A stretch of 59,597 bases of DNA, the filler included, from Trypethelium eluteriae (lineage: Eukaryota), in NCBI GenBank assembly GCA_051942245.1. It is 2 parts of 2 records of this genome, joined end to end, with 100 filler letters (N's around TTAATTAATTAA, not from the genome) between each part and the next. Parts side by side here need not be neighbours in the genome. Positions count along the whole stretch, not along the records: positions 1 to 29,789 come from JAVECL010000288.1; 1 more part is not named here. One strand, 5' to 3'. Made by a program: the position numbers and the translations under genes. The notes below the pieces were generated by a model, which did no database searches, was not told the DNA's origin, and saw only the letters and a list, made by a program, of their open reading frames with translations. Each line of letters begins with the position of its first letter. Position 1 is the first letter of the stretch. This document shows, in pieces, positions 1-13,720 of the stretch.

Positions 1-441
1 GGTTGCTGAATATGGTGGTTGTGGCGGCGGCGAGGAGGTGGTTGCCTATGTTGTTTACGAATGATGCGGGGGTGTTGGAGAGGGCGGCGAAGGTGCTGCC
101 GGTTTGTGCGGCGTTTCAGCTTTTTGATAGCTTGGCGGCCAATTGCAATGGGATTTTGAGGGGGCTTGGGAGGCAGGCAATTGGTGGGTATGTCAATGTG
201 GGGAGCTACTATGCGGTAAGGTCTTTGCTTGGTTTTCTCTGATGGCATATGACTGAGCTTTCAGGTTGCCATACCTATTTCCATTGCCACTTGCTTTGGC
301 CTGCATTGGGATATGTATGGTCTGTGGATAGGTCCGGCCATAGGACTCGCCCTCGTTTCTGGCATCGAAGGATGGGTAATCTTCCAAACGAGCTGGGAAG
401 GCGCTGTCGAAGCTGCGAGAAAGCGAAATGCTCAAGGATAA
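1..441 (+). CDS. MATE-family efflux transporter, C-terminal part (5' end outside the window)
   Basis: FQLFDSLAANCNGILRGLGRQAIGGYVNVGSYYA, intron 216-264 (GTAAG..TTCAG), then VAIPISIATCFGLHWDMYGLWIGPAIGLALVS..RNAQG*. These are typical fungal MATE C-terminal helices. Confidence 0.85.
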
Positions 442-2155
442 ATTTGAGCCGGGAGTAGGACCTATTGGCCAAGAACGTAACCTCTACATGAAGCTGAACG
501 ACGGATTAGCAACTACTGGACAATTCCGGAGCCACACTTACAGCAAGACAGTCATTCGACTTATTTGATAGGCGTAGCTGAGGTTCTTTGTCCAGCGTTC
601 AACATGCGTATGTATGATACTTGGCTCCAGTTGCCTCTAAGAAAATGCAGGACCTGATAGCCTAAGCTCCTGAGACACGGAGGATGTGCGCAGAAGGCTT
701 TGAGGCTCGCGTTTGTCATGCTTACCCTCCAACATACTCCCTCTGCTTGTTGCTTCTACAAAATCCTCGAGTTCAGGCAAATAACCAGAGCTTCCAGGTT
801 GCACCGGAGTCCGGCACCGCCGTCTCTCCGTTTTGGTGGTCTTTTTCGAATCCTTTGTACATACTTCTTTAACATTTATAGTAGGCTGTTAGCTAGTTAC
901 CTTCCCTTTCCAAATCTACTTCCTCTTTCTGGCAGATATGAAATGCACAAATTGTCAGCAGTTGGATGTTTCGATTCTCAGGCTACATTTTCGGTCCGCT
1001 AGCTTCAGATCTTCTACTGTTTGGTTGGCTGAAGCCTAAAGGCCTTGAACCCAAATTCCTAATGATAGATTTCTTCGACTTCTCCTTGCATAACAGGCGT
1101 TGCTACTATCGCGTACGAGGAGTAGAGGATCTCAATCACCTCCCACATACTAGTACTCACAGCTCAAGTTCTGGCGCTTTGAACTGGCATAAAGATCGGT
1201 ACGGAGCCTAGTAGACCCGGAACATTTTCTTCGCATGCTATCGCCTTTGGATCTGCAGTTCGTAGGCTGTTTGATTGGACCAGTAATCGATTAGATCTTG
1301 CTGTCAGATTGATGGACAACGTGGTATTACTGCGTTTGGTACTTGTTGTGATGGTCATACATGTGAACTTGTAATTGTAATTGATCACGATGGGTTTTCC
1401 GAAGAAGAGAGAACCATCGATGCTACATGTCATGAAGCTCACCTTGTCATGCAATGGCGATGATTGGTCCCGCTGCTTGTCAATGTACTCCGGATTTCAT
1501 CTCTTTCAGCACTCAAAAGCTGACCACGACGCGCTGTTTTCGGAGTGAGCTTATTTCTCCATAAGGATCATTCACCATGCGTCGTCCATTGCTGGTGATA
1601 TTGCAATTTTCTATTCGATCCTTGTCGCCTTGACTAGTGGAGATATCCAGATCCTAGGGAATGTGTCATTTTCGATTTGTTTCGGGTCGGTTTCTCAACA
1701 AGTCTCCGACAATGCTTTTCCCAGGGCGTGTGGAATGAAGTTATCGATCCGCTTTTTCATCCCCCTAAGCCAGAGGCGAAAACGTTGGCGGAGCGATTCC
1801 ATTACTCTAGTGCCATACCTAATTGACAATGTGCTCTGACATCATCTCCCTGGTCCCACCCGGCAGTTCCACAAGGGACCTAAATTTCCGCCGGCTGCTG
1901 TTGCTTGGACAATTTCTTCATACAGCCTTGTGGCGCTGCCCACGTTTCTGTGCCTTTGTTACTATTGGGGATCTGCACCAGGGACTTGGTCCACTTGCGT
2001 CAGTAATTTTTTTCCAGCGGAGCTATAACGCGTCTGTCTGCGTGCCAGCGTAGCTCCATAGTGAAGATGGCAGGGGATCTTAAGAGCTGCAAAGAGCCCT
2101 GCTCGGGGATTGTGCAGCTTTTGTCCAAGCCAAGCTCTCTGAGAGGCCAATCGCA

Positions 2156-3891
2156 ATGTATCTGCTTCACGTCTTAGCTAGCGTTGCGGCGATTGCAAAT
2201 GGTGTAGCTACACAATACTCTGAGAGACAAGAATCCCTGCTGACCGACATCAATGTTATCGAGCACTTCTGGGGTACGTTTGATTCACTGTACTACCTGA
2301 CAGTCAGAGTTTCTTATTTGTTCAGGTCAAATCAGCCCGTACGCCGACAACGCAGAGAACTTCTTCGGTGTAAAGGATATTGGTCTTCCTGATGGGTGCC
2401 AGATCGAGCAAGCGCATTCTCTTCAGCGCCATGCCCACAAAGGTTCCCAACCTCGTCGATGGAGGACGGTGAGAATGACGAGAACTTCGCCAGCAAATTG
2501 AAAAACTTTACGTCTGCGAATCCGAACGCATCCTTCACAGGTCCTTTGGCTTTCCTTAATAGCTACGAGTATGTCATGACTGAAAGCTTTTTGACTGGCA
2601 TCGGAGCATCCACGGAATTCCAATCTGGTGTTAAATTTTGGAACCGCTATGGTAGAACACTGTACAATGCCTCCGTCGGTCAGGTTGCATTCAATGCTAG
2701 CGACTTAGGAGCCAAGCCAGTCCTGCGGACGACGAGCCAGTCACGAATTGAGAACAGTCAGATCAGCTGGGCCCTTGGGTAAGTGGGAATTCTTATCGAA
2801 GAAGCATATCAAGCGCTGATCGCCTTCCCAGATTCTTCGGTCCAAGCTTTGAACTTATGCCTGACCCTTCTCTTTCGAGCTTCGTCAACGGTTCTCTCTA
2901 TGATGTTGTGATCATTCCTGAAGGTGGCACGGAAAACAACACTCTCGCTTCTTACGACTCATGCTTCAATGACAACGATCCCGAGATCGGCTATCTGGGC
3001 GACTATGATCTCTACCCGTATATTGCCAATTATCTACCTGCGGCTACGGCTCGCATGCAGCAATATGCACCGAAGGGCTTCACCTTCAATACAAACGATA
3101 CGTATGCCATGCAATCAATTTGCGCCTATGAAACCAACTACCTTGGAACCTCCGACTTCTGTTCGCTCTTTACCGAGGATGAATGGAAGGGCTTTGAGAA
3201 CACTTTGGACATTGAGTACTATTTCGATTATAGTTTTGGGAACCCAACAGGTCGCGCTCAGGGTATTGGCTACCTCCAGGAACTCCTTGCTCGCCTAGAA
3301 GAGCAGTACATCATGTCATCGAATAGTAGTGTCAACAGTACCCTTGATGACAATGCTGCAGACTTTCCTCTCGGCCGACCATTCTACGTCGACTTCTCAC
3401 ACGACGACATCATTGTGAGCGTCTTGACGGCCATGTCTCTCGACTACTTCCGGGAAGCCCCCAGCCTGACCCAATATCCACCGGATCCAGAGCGTCACTT
3501 CATATTAAGCAGCATGACTCCCTTCGGTGGTCGATTGATCACGGAAGTCATCGGTTGCGCAGACGCTGATCCAAAGCCTGTGCATAATCAGCGCACGCAG
3601 TACTATCCCACACAGTACGGGTATGATCCTTCGAATGCTTCTAATAAGTTTGTTCGCATGCGATTGAACAATGGCATTCTGCCTATCGAGACAATTCGAG
3701 GAGGTGCTTGCTCACATCGCACAGATGGCCTGTGCAAATTGGAAAGCTTTCTAGCCAGTCAGACCAACGCGTATGCCCAGTCGAATTATGACTACGCTTG
3801 CTTTGCTAATTATACTCTCCTTGATCCATTCAATGGATACGATTATGATGGCACGATCAATGAAAGCACACCTGGGATCAGCCACGCGTAA
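2156..3891 (+). CDS. Secreted histidine acid phosphatase / phytase-like protein, frameshifted in the catalytic motif as assembled
   Basis: Signal peptide; introns 2274-2325 and ~2779-2831; FWGQISPY and LPDGCQIEQAHSLQRHA..QRFP (RHxxRxP); DFSHDD acid motif; VRMRLNNGILP. Two extra bases at ~2436-2437 break the frame. Confidence 0.85.
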
Positions 3892-4979
3892 TCCCTGTTG
3901 GACCTCAGGAATTTGACATCCCTGCTGGAAGGTAGAGATTAAATCTGCTAGGCAGTATTATCAATGCGTAACTTATATTACTCAACTCTTTAATAGCAAG
4001 AGATTTGTTGCAGGAACTCAGGGAAGCTACGGAACTTCGATGGTAAACGGACTCTTCAACTCGCCGAAGACGCGAAATGAAAACTGCTATCTGACGTAAA
4101 TGCGTGTCACGGACAGAACTGCCCCATCGATGCTAGTGTAGAGTACGATATGTTCTCGCTTCTCCACTCAGCAGCCTCAACTTCCCACAGCACCTTCTTC
4201 CTTCTGATATCTACGACTTGCACTATTAGCATGCTTTCATATAATGTGACCAAAATCGCGATTCAAAGAAGAGATTTGGAGCATTGTCAAAGGATTTTTC
4301 CGGTTTTGATTCCCTAAGATCCTTGGGCAAATCACCGGAATAGGTTTGAAAGGTTTCACGGAAGGATGCCGTAAAAGTCCGATGCAGGAAAGTCCCACGT
4401 CCTGTACAATAATTCTATCCATTCCAACAAGTGGGTCATCTCGAACTTTAAAATCGCCAATCCAGCAGAATTGCCGGTGATTGCCCTGAAGCACCATCTT
4501 TTATTCCTGGGCTGAAATGAAGATCGTATTTTGACTCATGATCGCATTATCATGTCGTATCTATGAGGATCGTCGACGGAATTTTATGCCCCGCTTTCTT
4601 TTCCCCTCTGCTCCCTGAACACCCGGCGTCCCCTCCATCCGTTTTGGGACAACATAGCTGCCTGGTACACGCTCTGAGATGGCGTCAGTACACCGCAGTA
4701 GCATCTTGCACTCCTCAAGCATGGATATTTTCATTCACCTTCCATCGTTGGATAAGGTCGGCTGGATCGTCATGCAAGCTTCCACCCCCATAGATACGCC
4801 GCGATAAAGCCATTCTAATGCAATGGAACAATGAAACAGGTAGGTAGCCGGAGAGATGGAGCTGCGAGCCCCCCGGCTCCATCCTTAAATTCGTCATTTC
4901 CTGGCGAGCCGCAAAAAGGTTCGAGTTTCGAGTTTCTCCTACTGAGTGTGCTTTCCAGCGATTTTCCTGGCTGAGAAAC

Positions 4980-6691
4980 ATGATGTGGAGCACCAGTTTT
5001 CTGCTCTCGCTGTTTTGCGTTGGCTTGCTTTTGGTGGACCAGTCTGCTGGGAAGAGAGACTTCAACTATTTTCATCGTCAACAAAAAGAAAGATTGAAGG
5101 GGCTGGAGAACCATGCGGCAAATTCCAAAGCTGTACATACACGCGCAGCGAACTACCGATACTACAACAATAAGACAGCACCGTACTTCATCGAAAAATG
5201 GCCCTTAGTCAATTTCGATACTGGAGAATTCTATTCTGGATCTGTACGCCGTGATCATCTCCACTTGTGCTCTTGTAGCGCATTGTTGCTAACCACCTAC
5301 CCCTCGTAATAGGTCCCCATCGACGAATCCGACCCAAATCGAAGCTTATTCTTTATCTTCAAGCCTGCAATAAATGCGCCTACTAACGACATCACAATCT
5401 GGATCAATGGCGGGCCGGGCTGCAGTTCCCTCGTCGGCTTCTTCCAAGAAAATGGACCGATACTGTGGCAACCAGGGACGTATGAGCCGACGTCGAACCC
5501 ATACTCGTGGGCCAACATTACGAACTTGTTGTGGGTTGATCAACCAGTTGGCGCAGGCTTTGCGGTTGGCGACATTAGAGCGCATAATGAAGTCGATATT
5601 GCGAAGGATTTCGTGGGATTCTTCAAGAATTGGGAACAGCTCTTTGGCATTGAGAACTACAAAATCTATGTGACGGGAGAATCGTAAGCTCATTCCTCGG
5701 ACACTCGGTTGGATCGCAAGGCCCTTTGCTGATATTCTCCTTTTCCAGATATGCTGGGCGATACGTGCCATATATCTCTGCAGAGATGTTAGACCAGAAT
5801 GACCAGCGCTACTTCAATCTTTCTGGGGCAATTACCTACGACCCATGCATTGGCTCTTTCGACGTCGTTGGACAAGAGATCCCAACATACCCATTCGTAG
5901 CTGCTAATAATGAGATCCTCAACCTTAACCAGTCGACTCTAGACACTCTCGCATCTCAGCACGAAAGCTGCGGCTACGCTAAATTCATCGACACGTACAT
6001 GCAATTCCCACCTCCGGGAAACCAACCTCAGATCGGGAACTACAACTACTCAAGCTGTGACATATTCGACATTTACGCGAGCGCCGCCAATGACGTCAAC
6101 CCGTGCTTCAACATTTACCATATCAGCGACTACTGCCCGCTGCTTGGAGATGTGGTGAGCAGCCCCGGCGGTCTTAGCTGCCTGCCCCAGACCTACTACT
6201 TCAACCGCAGCGACGTAAAAGCCGCCTTGCACGCCCCGAATATCTCTTGGTCTGAATGCGGGGAGCACAATGTCTTCCTAGGCAACTTCACCCACGGCAT
6301 TGGTGCTGGTCCAGAAGGAGAGAACGACCTCTCGCCCGATCCTATCCAGCACGTGCTCCCGCAGGTCATCGAAGCGACGAACCGTGTCATAGTGAGCAAT
6401 GGCGATTGGGATGGCCTACTATTGACGAATGGGACGCTGCTATCAATTCAGAATATGACTTGGAATGGGAAGCTGGGGTTCCAGGCGCCGCCGACGGAGG
6501 ATGTCATCGTGCAGACCCCGGATCTGCAATATGGAATTGGAGGGCCACAGGGAGTGATAGGCAAGCAGCATTATGAGAGGGGGTTATTGTGGATTGAGAC
6601 GTATCAGTCAGGGCATGAGCAGCCGCAATATCAGCCAAGAGCTACTTTGAGACATCTCGAGTGGCTGCTTGGGCGGATTGATCAGCTTTAA
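4980..6691 (+). CDS. Secreted serine carboxypeptidase (peptidase S10)
   Basis: Signal peptide; WINGGPGCSS; NLLWVDQPVGAGF; TGES|YAG nucleophile motif split by intron 5684-5748; intron 5244-5312; NGDWD and SGHEQPQYQP carry the catalytic Asp and His. Confidence 0.93.
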
Positions 6692-7422
6692 TTTGAAGAT
6701 ATTGGGAGGACTAAAAATACGGTACGGATAGAGGTAGTTGCTAACGTGTGGGCAAAGAACGCTTAAAACCGGTTAATGTATGCGTACCAATGAAAAGTCT
6801 GCCTGTTAGAAATCAATTGAAACAGTCTCAGCGCAATCAGACATTTGATTCGACCAGTGATAGGGCTGCTGAATGTTGCTTGCATGGAACTTTTGGATAG
6901 CCGCTGTTGCGATGGCAACTGCTGGATGGGAAGGAGCGAGCACAGCAAGTCTTTGTCGACTGGCTAATTACCGCGCCGGCATCGACCTTTATGACGCGGC
7001 GTTCTGGGTTATACGTGGAGATGCGCTGTTTCTATAACACACTTGATGAGGCAGGTAAGGCGGATACGCGTACTTGGTAGCAAACCAATCGCAAACCCTG
7101 TCGAAGGGTCCACCAAGAGCACAGGGACAGGAAAGTCCGTCCACGTCTGCATGGGTACTCCTATTGATTTTCACCATACGGAGCTTTAGCAATGCAGGAG
7201 GAAGAGCAGGCTACAATCTACACAATGGCGCGACTTTCGTGTCGTATCCACGGTCAGGCTGTACTCTACTACATCACGTTCTGCGGCGCTGAACCGTTGG
7301 CCTCTGATCTTACCATACCCTGAACTCATTCAGTATCTTTGCCTGCAGCCTCAACCGCCAAGCACAGAATCTGAATCTGGATCTGACTCTGACACTTCCT
7401 GGCTGTTTCCAAGACTCAGATT

Positions 7423-8677
7423 ATGGCCCCCAATCGCCGACCCCACAAGAAATCTCGACAAGGGTGCGCAGAGTGTAAGCGGAGGCATGTCAAGGTAATC
7501 AAAGTCTCCATTGAGTCCGCTATCGTGCTTGCGACCATTCCTAGCATTCTCATTTTAATCTTGATAGTGCGATGAGACGCGGCCGACTTGTGTGAACTGC
7601 TCAATCGGGGGTCTTCGATGCTCCTTTCGGGATCAGGCGCCATTGCCGGAGGCTCTAGGACCTCGTTCTAAAGCAGCAAGCCAGCCAGCCATCCCTCCAA
7701 AGGCCTTGACAGTGGCTCCTTCCGTACAGGACTGCGTCCCTGTGGCGCCGGTGGACCAATTCCAAGTGAACGCGCATCACATGGATCTCTTCTCACATTT
7801 CCTTTTGGAGACGTGCAACAGCTTTGGCAGCGACACGACTAACGTCGCCACCTTCTCCCGCATCATCATGCGTTTCGCCATCACTACACCGTACCTCATG
7901 CATGAGAGTCTCGCGCTGGGAGCACTTCATCTAAGCCACATGCGTCCGAATCAACGTCAATACTACCGTGACGAAGCCACTCGTTTGCAAACGTATGCTC
8001 TGTCGCTCTTTAAATGTGCAGACTCGGATATCACTACCGACACCTCCGTTCCAATATTCCTGTTCTCCTCGATATTAGGCGTTCACGTCTTAGCAGACGT
8101 GGCTACTACACCAGGCGTTAATACGGAATGTTTCCTGGAGCGGTTCATATTCTCCATGCAGATTCGTCGTGGCATCCGTGCTATTACTCGACGCTCATGG
8201 GATTTACTTCTAGAAAGCGAGCTGCAGCCTATTCTACAAGCATACCAGCCAAGCATTCAGGGGCGTAGCATAGGTAGCGAATGCGATGGACTCCGAGAAC
8301 TCTTGCGCTCAACTGCCGTTGATGCCTCAGTCTTAGGCACTTGCCAGAACGCGATTGATCACTTGCAGCGTGCCTTCGACGAGAACCAATTTGACGCAGA
8401 GCACAACGTGAAAACAGGAGTTGTGCTCGTCTGGCCTGCATACGTGTCCGAGGAATATGTGGACTTACTGCTGGCCAGACGACCCGAAGCCTTGGCTATT
8501 CTCGCGTATTACGGCATTCTGTTACATTCCCGGCGAGATCAGTGGTTCACCTGCGACTCGGGTGAGATGTTGATTAGATCAGTCGCTGCGGAGTTGGGGT
8601 CAGCTTGGGACCATTGGCTTGCATATCCAAAATCTGTTATAACCTCGAACAGTGCTAATACATCGCAACCAAGGTGA
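7423..8677 (+). CDS. Zn(II)2Cys6 transcription factor (Upc2-like architecture)
   Basis: MAPNRRPHKKSRQGCAECKRRHVK, intron 7495-7567, CDETRPTCVNCSIGGLRC, then a fungal TF domain (PYLMHESLALGALHLS, WP..LLARRPEALAILAYY). Confidence 0.9.
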
Positions 8678-9359
8678 TGGTTGATATTGCCCATATTTCT
8701 CTTGACGGCATCATTACATTGAAGGCTTTGGTATAGGTATTGGCGTGGTCGGGGAACCTCCATTTTTAATAGGGAGTTGCTGCGCCGCCACATATCCAGA
8801 GTGGGATATTGTCAGTCCAGTGACCGTTGAAAGAAATCCCTGCTTGTCTCTGCGATTTTCACTCACTTCGGTTACGTGGACAACAGAGCATAGAGGACTT
8901 AACGAGAACGATAAAGTGTCCTACGACAGCGCAGGGATATCCTAGGAACTACTACCGATCCGGTATTCCTTAGGTTACGTGGGTGCGTACGCGAGTACGC
9001 GTATTGTCTCATTGGCCCGCAGTGGTCGAAGCCTAGGTATACGCGTATCTGAATCGATATACTTTCTACCTCTCAATTCGCAGGTCGCAACATCAGACAC
9101 AATGTCCCCCCTATCAGTTCAGAAGGGATTCATATGGCTTTTTCGGGTACTTAATCTCTGATGTGCCCCAACCGGAACATGCTCGCATTCTACCACAATT
9201 ACAGTCTATTTGACCTCAGCTACCTCGTACATCTACTCCACCCTCCCACCCATCCCATCTCAACCTCTCCATTCGCCTGAATTTTCTTCAATAAAGCGGG
9301 ACAATTGAATACAACTGGTCTGATAAATCAAAGATCCACAAGGACTCCCAATCTACATT

Positions 9360-10270
9360 ATGGCGAATTTGGAGTCCCACAATGGCTACTACCTCTGGCA
9401 ATACATCCCGTCTATACCTGCGGCCATACTGTTCAGCATCCTCTTCGGTATAATCACCGTCCTACACTTATGGCGCATGTTCAGAAGCCGGACTTGGTAC
9501 TGCATTGCCTTCGCTACTGGCGGTATTTGTGAGTTCCTCTGACTCGTCCTCACCCGCCCTCTCCTGATTCTCTTCCAGTTGAATTCATCGGCTACGTCGG
9601 CCGCATCTTCGCTCACGATCGTACTGGCGCCATCATGCCATATGTCATTCAAAGCGTCTTCATCCTCCTCGCACCCGCTCTGTTCGCAGCATCCATGTAC
9701 ATGGTTCTCGGCCGCATCATCCGCTGTGTCCGGGGTGAAAAGTACTCGATTATCCGAGTGAGCTGGCTAGCGAAGATCTTCGTTGGCGGCGATGTCTTCT
9801 CCTTCCTGATCCAGGCCGGTGGCGCAGGCATTCTCGTCAAGGGCGATTCCGACGCAAAGACAGGTGAAAACATCATCGTCGGCGGTCTGATAGTCCAGGT
9901 CATCATGTTCGGCCTCTTCGCACTCTCAGCTATCGTCTTCGAGGTGCGGATGCATCGGCACGCCATGGCTTCGTTATACAACTCCAAAGTCCCTTGGAAG
10001 GAGACGTTGCATATGCTGTACTATGCCAGCTTGGCCATCATGGTGCGGTCCATTGTCCGTGTCATCCAGTACATTATGGGACAAGGAGGCTACTTGCTGA
10101 AGAAGGAGTGGCCACTGTATGTCTTCGACGGGCTACTGATGTTCATCACCATGGTCATTTTCTATCGGACCTATCCGAGTGAGGTAAATCCAAAAAAGGT
10201 CATAATGCCTGAGAATCAGGATGCTACAATCGGAATGGAATCGCGACAGAGGTCTTATCCTCAATGTTGA
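9360..10270 (+). CDS. RTA1-like 7-TM protein
   Basis: YYLWQYIPSIPAAILF; intron 9529-9578; FEFIGYVGR; ILLAPALFAASMYMVLGRII; KIFVGGDVFSFLIQAGG; EWPLYVFDGLLM. Confidence 0.92.
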
Positions 10271-11095
10271 TAATGGCAATGGTTATTAAGAGGCGGCGAC
10301 GACATGAAAGTGGCTATCACAGTCGGAGAATTCCAGGCCACTTTGTGTTCTATTGTCATGCTTGAGACTGAGACTTGTGTAAACTTCCTGATTTGTCGCG
10401 CAAGTAGGTTGATTGACGATCTAATGCGATACGACAAATCCTTGACCTTAACATGGAATTGCATCATCTCGTTCGCTTGTTATACCCGTCTTTTGGAAAT
10501 CTCTCCTCAACCCGCGGAGAAAATCAGAGGCTAAAACAACAATAGACGAGAGACAGGCGCATATTTATTTTTCAAGGCAAAAGCTGGAGCTTGGAGAACC
10601 GATTTACGACCGACCAATGGAGGTTTTGATAAAAATGATCTTGGCACATTAGTCCAGCAAGCTTGTGAGCGGCGTGCACATGAAGATGTCTCTGCGTTCG
10701 GTAGAAGGTGGTCAAAATCCGAGCTTGACGAAATGACCTACTTGCGCCACGGACTATCCCGCAGGAAATGGGCCTCGAAATCTGCTTCGTCTCTATTGAT
10801 GTAATCTACAGGGAGGACAGGGTGCCGTTGCCAAAGCCCGATTCAATACAGCCTCGCTTTGAAGTGCTCATCCGTGCTTGACGTGGTTGCTGTAGCCTAA
10901 CTTTCTCTGAGAAGCTTTGTGCGTTCGCTCTGAACAGGCGGCGATGATATGTCCGGACCCGCGAAGGTAAGTCCATTTATCAGCATTCAGTGCATAAAGT
11001 ATTTCTCCTTTCTCTGTTGAAGGTTCGTGAATAGCGTTTTCCACGCTGAGCACCCATGCCTTATTTGCTCTCATGTGCCCAGCGTCCATCTGTAT

Positions 11096-12103
11096 TCAAT
11101 TTCCAGACTGGCAGTTGTTATTGTTGGTAAGGTACACAACGTTTATGGCGGCGAACCTTCAACACATTAGAAACCCAGCATCTCGACAACTCTTTCGCAT
11201 AAGACAGATCACTCACGCCGATATAGCTGCAAATATTTCTATCTGCCTTGCATTCGTCATCAAAACAAGTGCGATGGAGAAGCAGGCGGACAGGACAACG
11301 ATCATTCCAATTCGAAGGCCATTATGGTTGATCACATATAGGACAACAACCGAGCAAAGCGGCAGAAGTGACGCGATCACTGTGATTAAGCAGCGAACGA
11401 TCAGCCTCAAAGTATCTTCTTCATACTTGTGTATACCCGAATTCGTCGGAGCTGTACGCTGCTGGCCCTCAGGGTCTGACATCCTGCTGGTGGAGTGCGT
11501 TCATACCTTGAGCTTCTCCCCGACGAGATTGTGGTATTTGGGGATGACTGAGTCGGTAAACCATCGTGTAAACCGATCAGGCGCACTACGAGCTTTTAAA
11601 GCAATGAGATCGCTTTCATACTGCGGGTCCCAGGAGGACCTATCGAGACCGTGGAGCGGAAACGATCCCATTCTGGGTCTTTCGAACCAACTTCTGAGGA
11701 ATTTGATGTCATGTCGAGTCGGTGGTTCTAGTCGTAAGAGCATTGTTTGCTTGATAAGTGCATCATCGAATCCTTCATTAGCTTGACTTGCAAGTAAAGC
11801 CCCATGAGAAGCCCTACTATACTTATCGAGCTTGTCTCTGAGTTGCAGTACTTTCTCCCACTGTTCTAAGTCTCCTTCGTTTGCGTTTTCTCCTAATGAT
11901 AACGACCACCAATCAGAGGCGTGGTAATCTCGATCTCCCCGCATTCCATCCCGCCTTGCAAGTTCACCCAGCTCTGCTTCCAGGTGCGTGATCTCGGCCT
12001 GTAGATAGAGCAAGTTTTGCATGTTCAAAGACTTGAAACTCCGTAATATCGCAAACTCATCGTATGCAGACATCAGCTGCGCGAGTTTGGCGTAGCCTTC
12101 CAT
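11096..12103 (-). CDS. DUF6594-like protein (N-terminal coiled coil, C-terminal TM helices)
   Basis: MEGYAKLAQLMSAYDEFAILRSFKSLNMQNLLYLQAEITHLEAEL, DLIAL..DRFTRW, hydrophobic ASLLPLCSVVVLY..RIGMIVVLSACFSIAL..EIFAAISAFAAINVVY. Introns 11459-11506 and 11157-11216. Family assigned from recalled motifs. Confidence 0.8.
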
Positions 12104-12704
12104 CAGGCTTTCGATAGTACGAAGTTCTGCGTAAAAGGTCTTGAGTACAAATTGGTGAGGACGCAAAAAAGCAAAGTGTGCCGGGGCGTTTAATGGAATT
12201 GCGACGTGCAGCATGCGCATGCATTGCAGACGTATCTCCCAATGATCATTGCAGCCGATTGCGGCGAAGCACACCGACTAGAGTACATCTTGAGGTAGTC
12301 GTGTATAGTCAGGCAAGTCAAGGCAACAACAGTCACCACTCCACTCAGATTGGCTATCGCGGTGACGAGGCTGACTTGGTTCTTGGCAGGTGGTCTGTCT
12401 CGGCAAATCGTGGGTGCTTGAATCAAGCCACAGGAAAACCCTAGAAGATGGCTCTACAGACTCGTCCGGGAGGAAAGCTACGGATAACCGCTAAAGCCTA
12501 GATGAAGCTAAGCATATCACTCGCGATGACGGATCCGGAGTGATGACACTGTAGCCGGAAGATGACCCCTACAAGGCTGAGGCTGTATTGAACGATCGAG
12601 CTTCTATCTCCACTTGCTTTCGCCTTCATCTGCATCTAAAGCTCTCTTTAGTCAAGTCGTAAGAACTTCTAGACATATCGTCAACGTCGACGGTGTCTTC
12701 TACA

Positions 12705-13720
12705 ATGAGCGACGACAAAATGGGTCCTGCACAAGGATCACCAACAGGAGCGCCGCGTTTAGCTTTGGACGAAGACATCTTTAAGAGGCTGCATCACGCC
12801 CGTCAAGGCCATCTTGCCTTTCAATACATGACAACTGGACACGTACCGTATGAAGTGTTTGAGAACCCATGGCCTTTGAAAGACTCAGTAGCGACGCCTG
12901 TGAATGCGCCATCGGGTTCTTTGCCCCAGCCGGCGATCAACGCGCCAGTGCAACGGGACCAGGAACAAGGCGAGAGCACAGAGGAGGGGCATGATCAGAA
13001 CGTAAGCAATGATGCTCTTACATCCACCGACATCGAACTGATCAATCGTGTCAGGCTGCAGACACGCAGGACCGCAAAGTCACGCGGCCGAATGTACTGT
13101 ATGGCCAAACAATGAAAAAGCGAACTGGGAAGCCGCACGGCGTCCGGGTCAAGGTAGACAGCGGCTCCGACGTGAATCTCATCTCGTATCATTTGGTGAA
13201 AGAGTGCGGCTTTCGAAGCTCTCGCGTGTCGGAGTTCATCATTGGAATTGGCGGCCACAGGACGGAGCTAAAAAAGCTGGTCAAAATCCCGTTGGCAGGA
13301 CAGTCGAAAAAGACGGAGCACGTCGACTTCTATGAAGCGCCCGAAGAATCCCCATTTGACGACCTTCTTGTTGGTCGGCCGTTCGAAGAGACTTTTGGTG
13401 ATCCGTATGCGTTCTTCTGGGATAGACCACTCGAAAAGGATTCTCTGGTCGCAGTCCAAGAAAGACTCAAGGTGTGTTTGAACTTGTCATGGAACGTCAA
13501 TGCAGTGGGAGTAGAGAAGATCGCTAACTTAGTCCATCAGGAAGAAGAGCGCGATGAAATAGAGAACAATCGAGCCCAGCATCAGACTAAGGTTCTCGAA
13601 CTGGAGCGAAAAAGAAACCAGCAAGCGCAACAGCGTGGGTCGAGTGGTCAGCAAGTCCGGGGAGGGCGCACCAGCTCGGCATCTGCTTCATCCACAGGAA
13701 ATTCTCGCAGACAGACATGA
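12705..13720 (+). CDS. Stand-alone retropepsin-like aspartic protease domain protein
   Basis: Intron 13002-13054 (GTAAGC..ACTGAT..TCAG) joins the two ORFs in frame; intron 13472-13540. VKVDSGSDVNLIS (D-S-G), flap-like IIGIGG, DDLLVGRPF, then a charged helical tail. No gag, RT or integrase nearby. Confidence 0.7.

Noticed and set aside
640..1460. Protein-like minus-strand fragments between MATE and the phosphatase
   Set aside because: Many stops and no recognisable motif; cannot support even a pseudogene call.
11073..11786. 237-aa plus-strand ORF
   Set aside because: Antisense to the DUF6594-like gene, which has the motifs and splice signals.
13112..13115. ATGA stop/start overlap between ORFs 12693-13115 and 13112-13720, resembling viral stop-restart translation
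   Set aside because: A canonical 53-nt intron (13002-13054) joins the two ORFs in frame.
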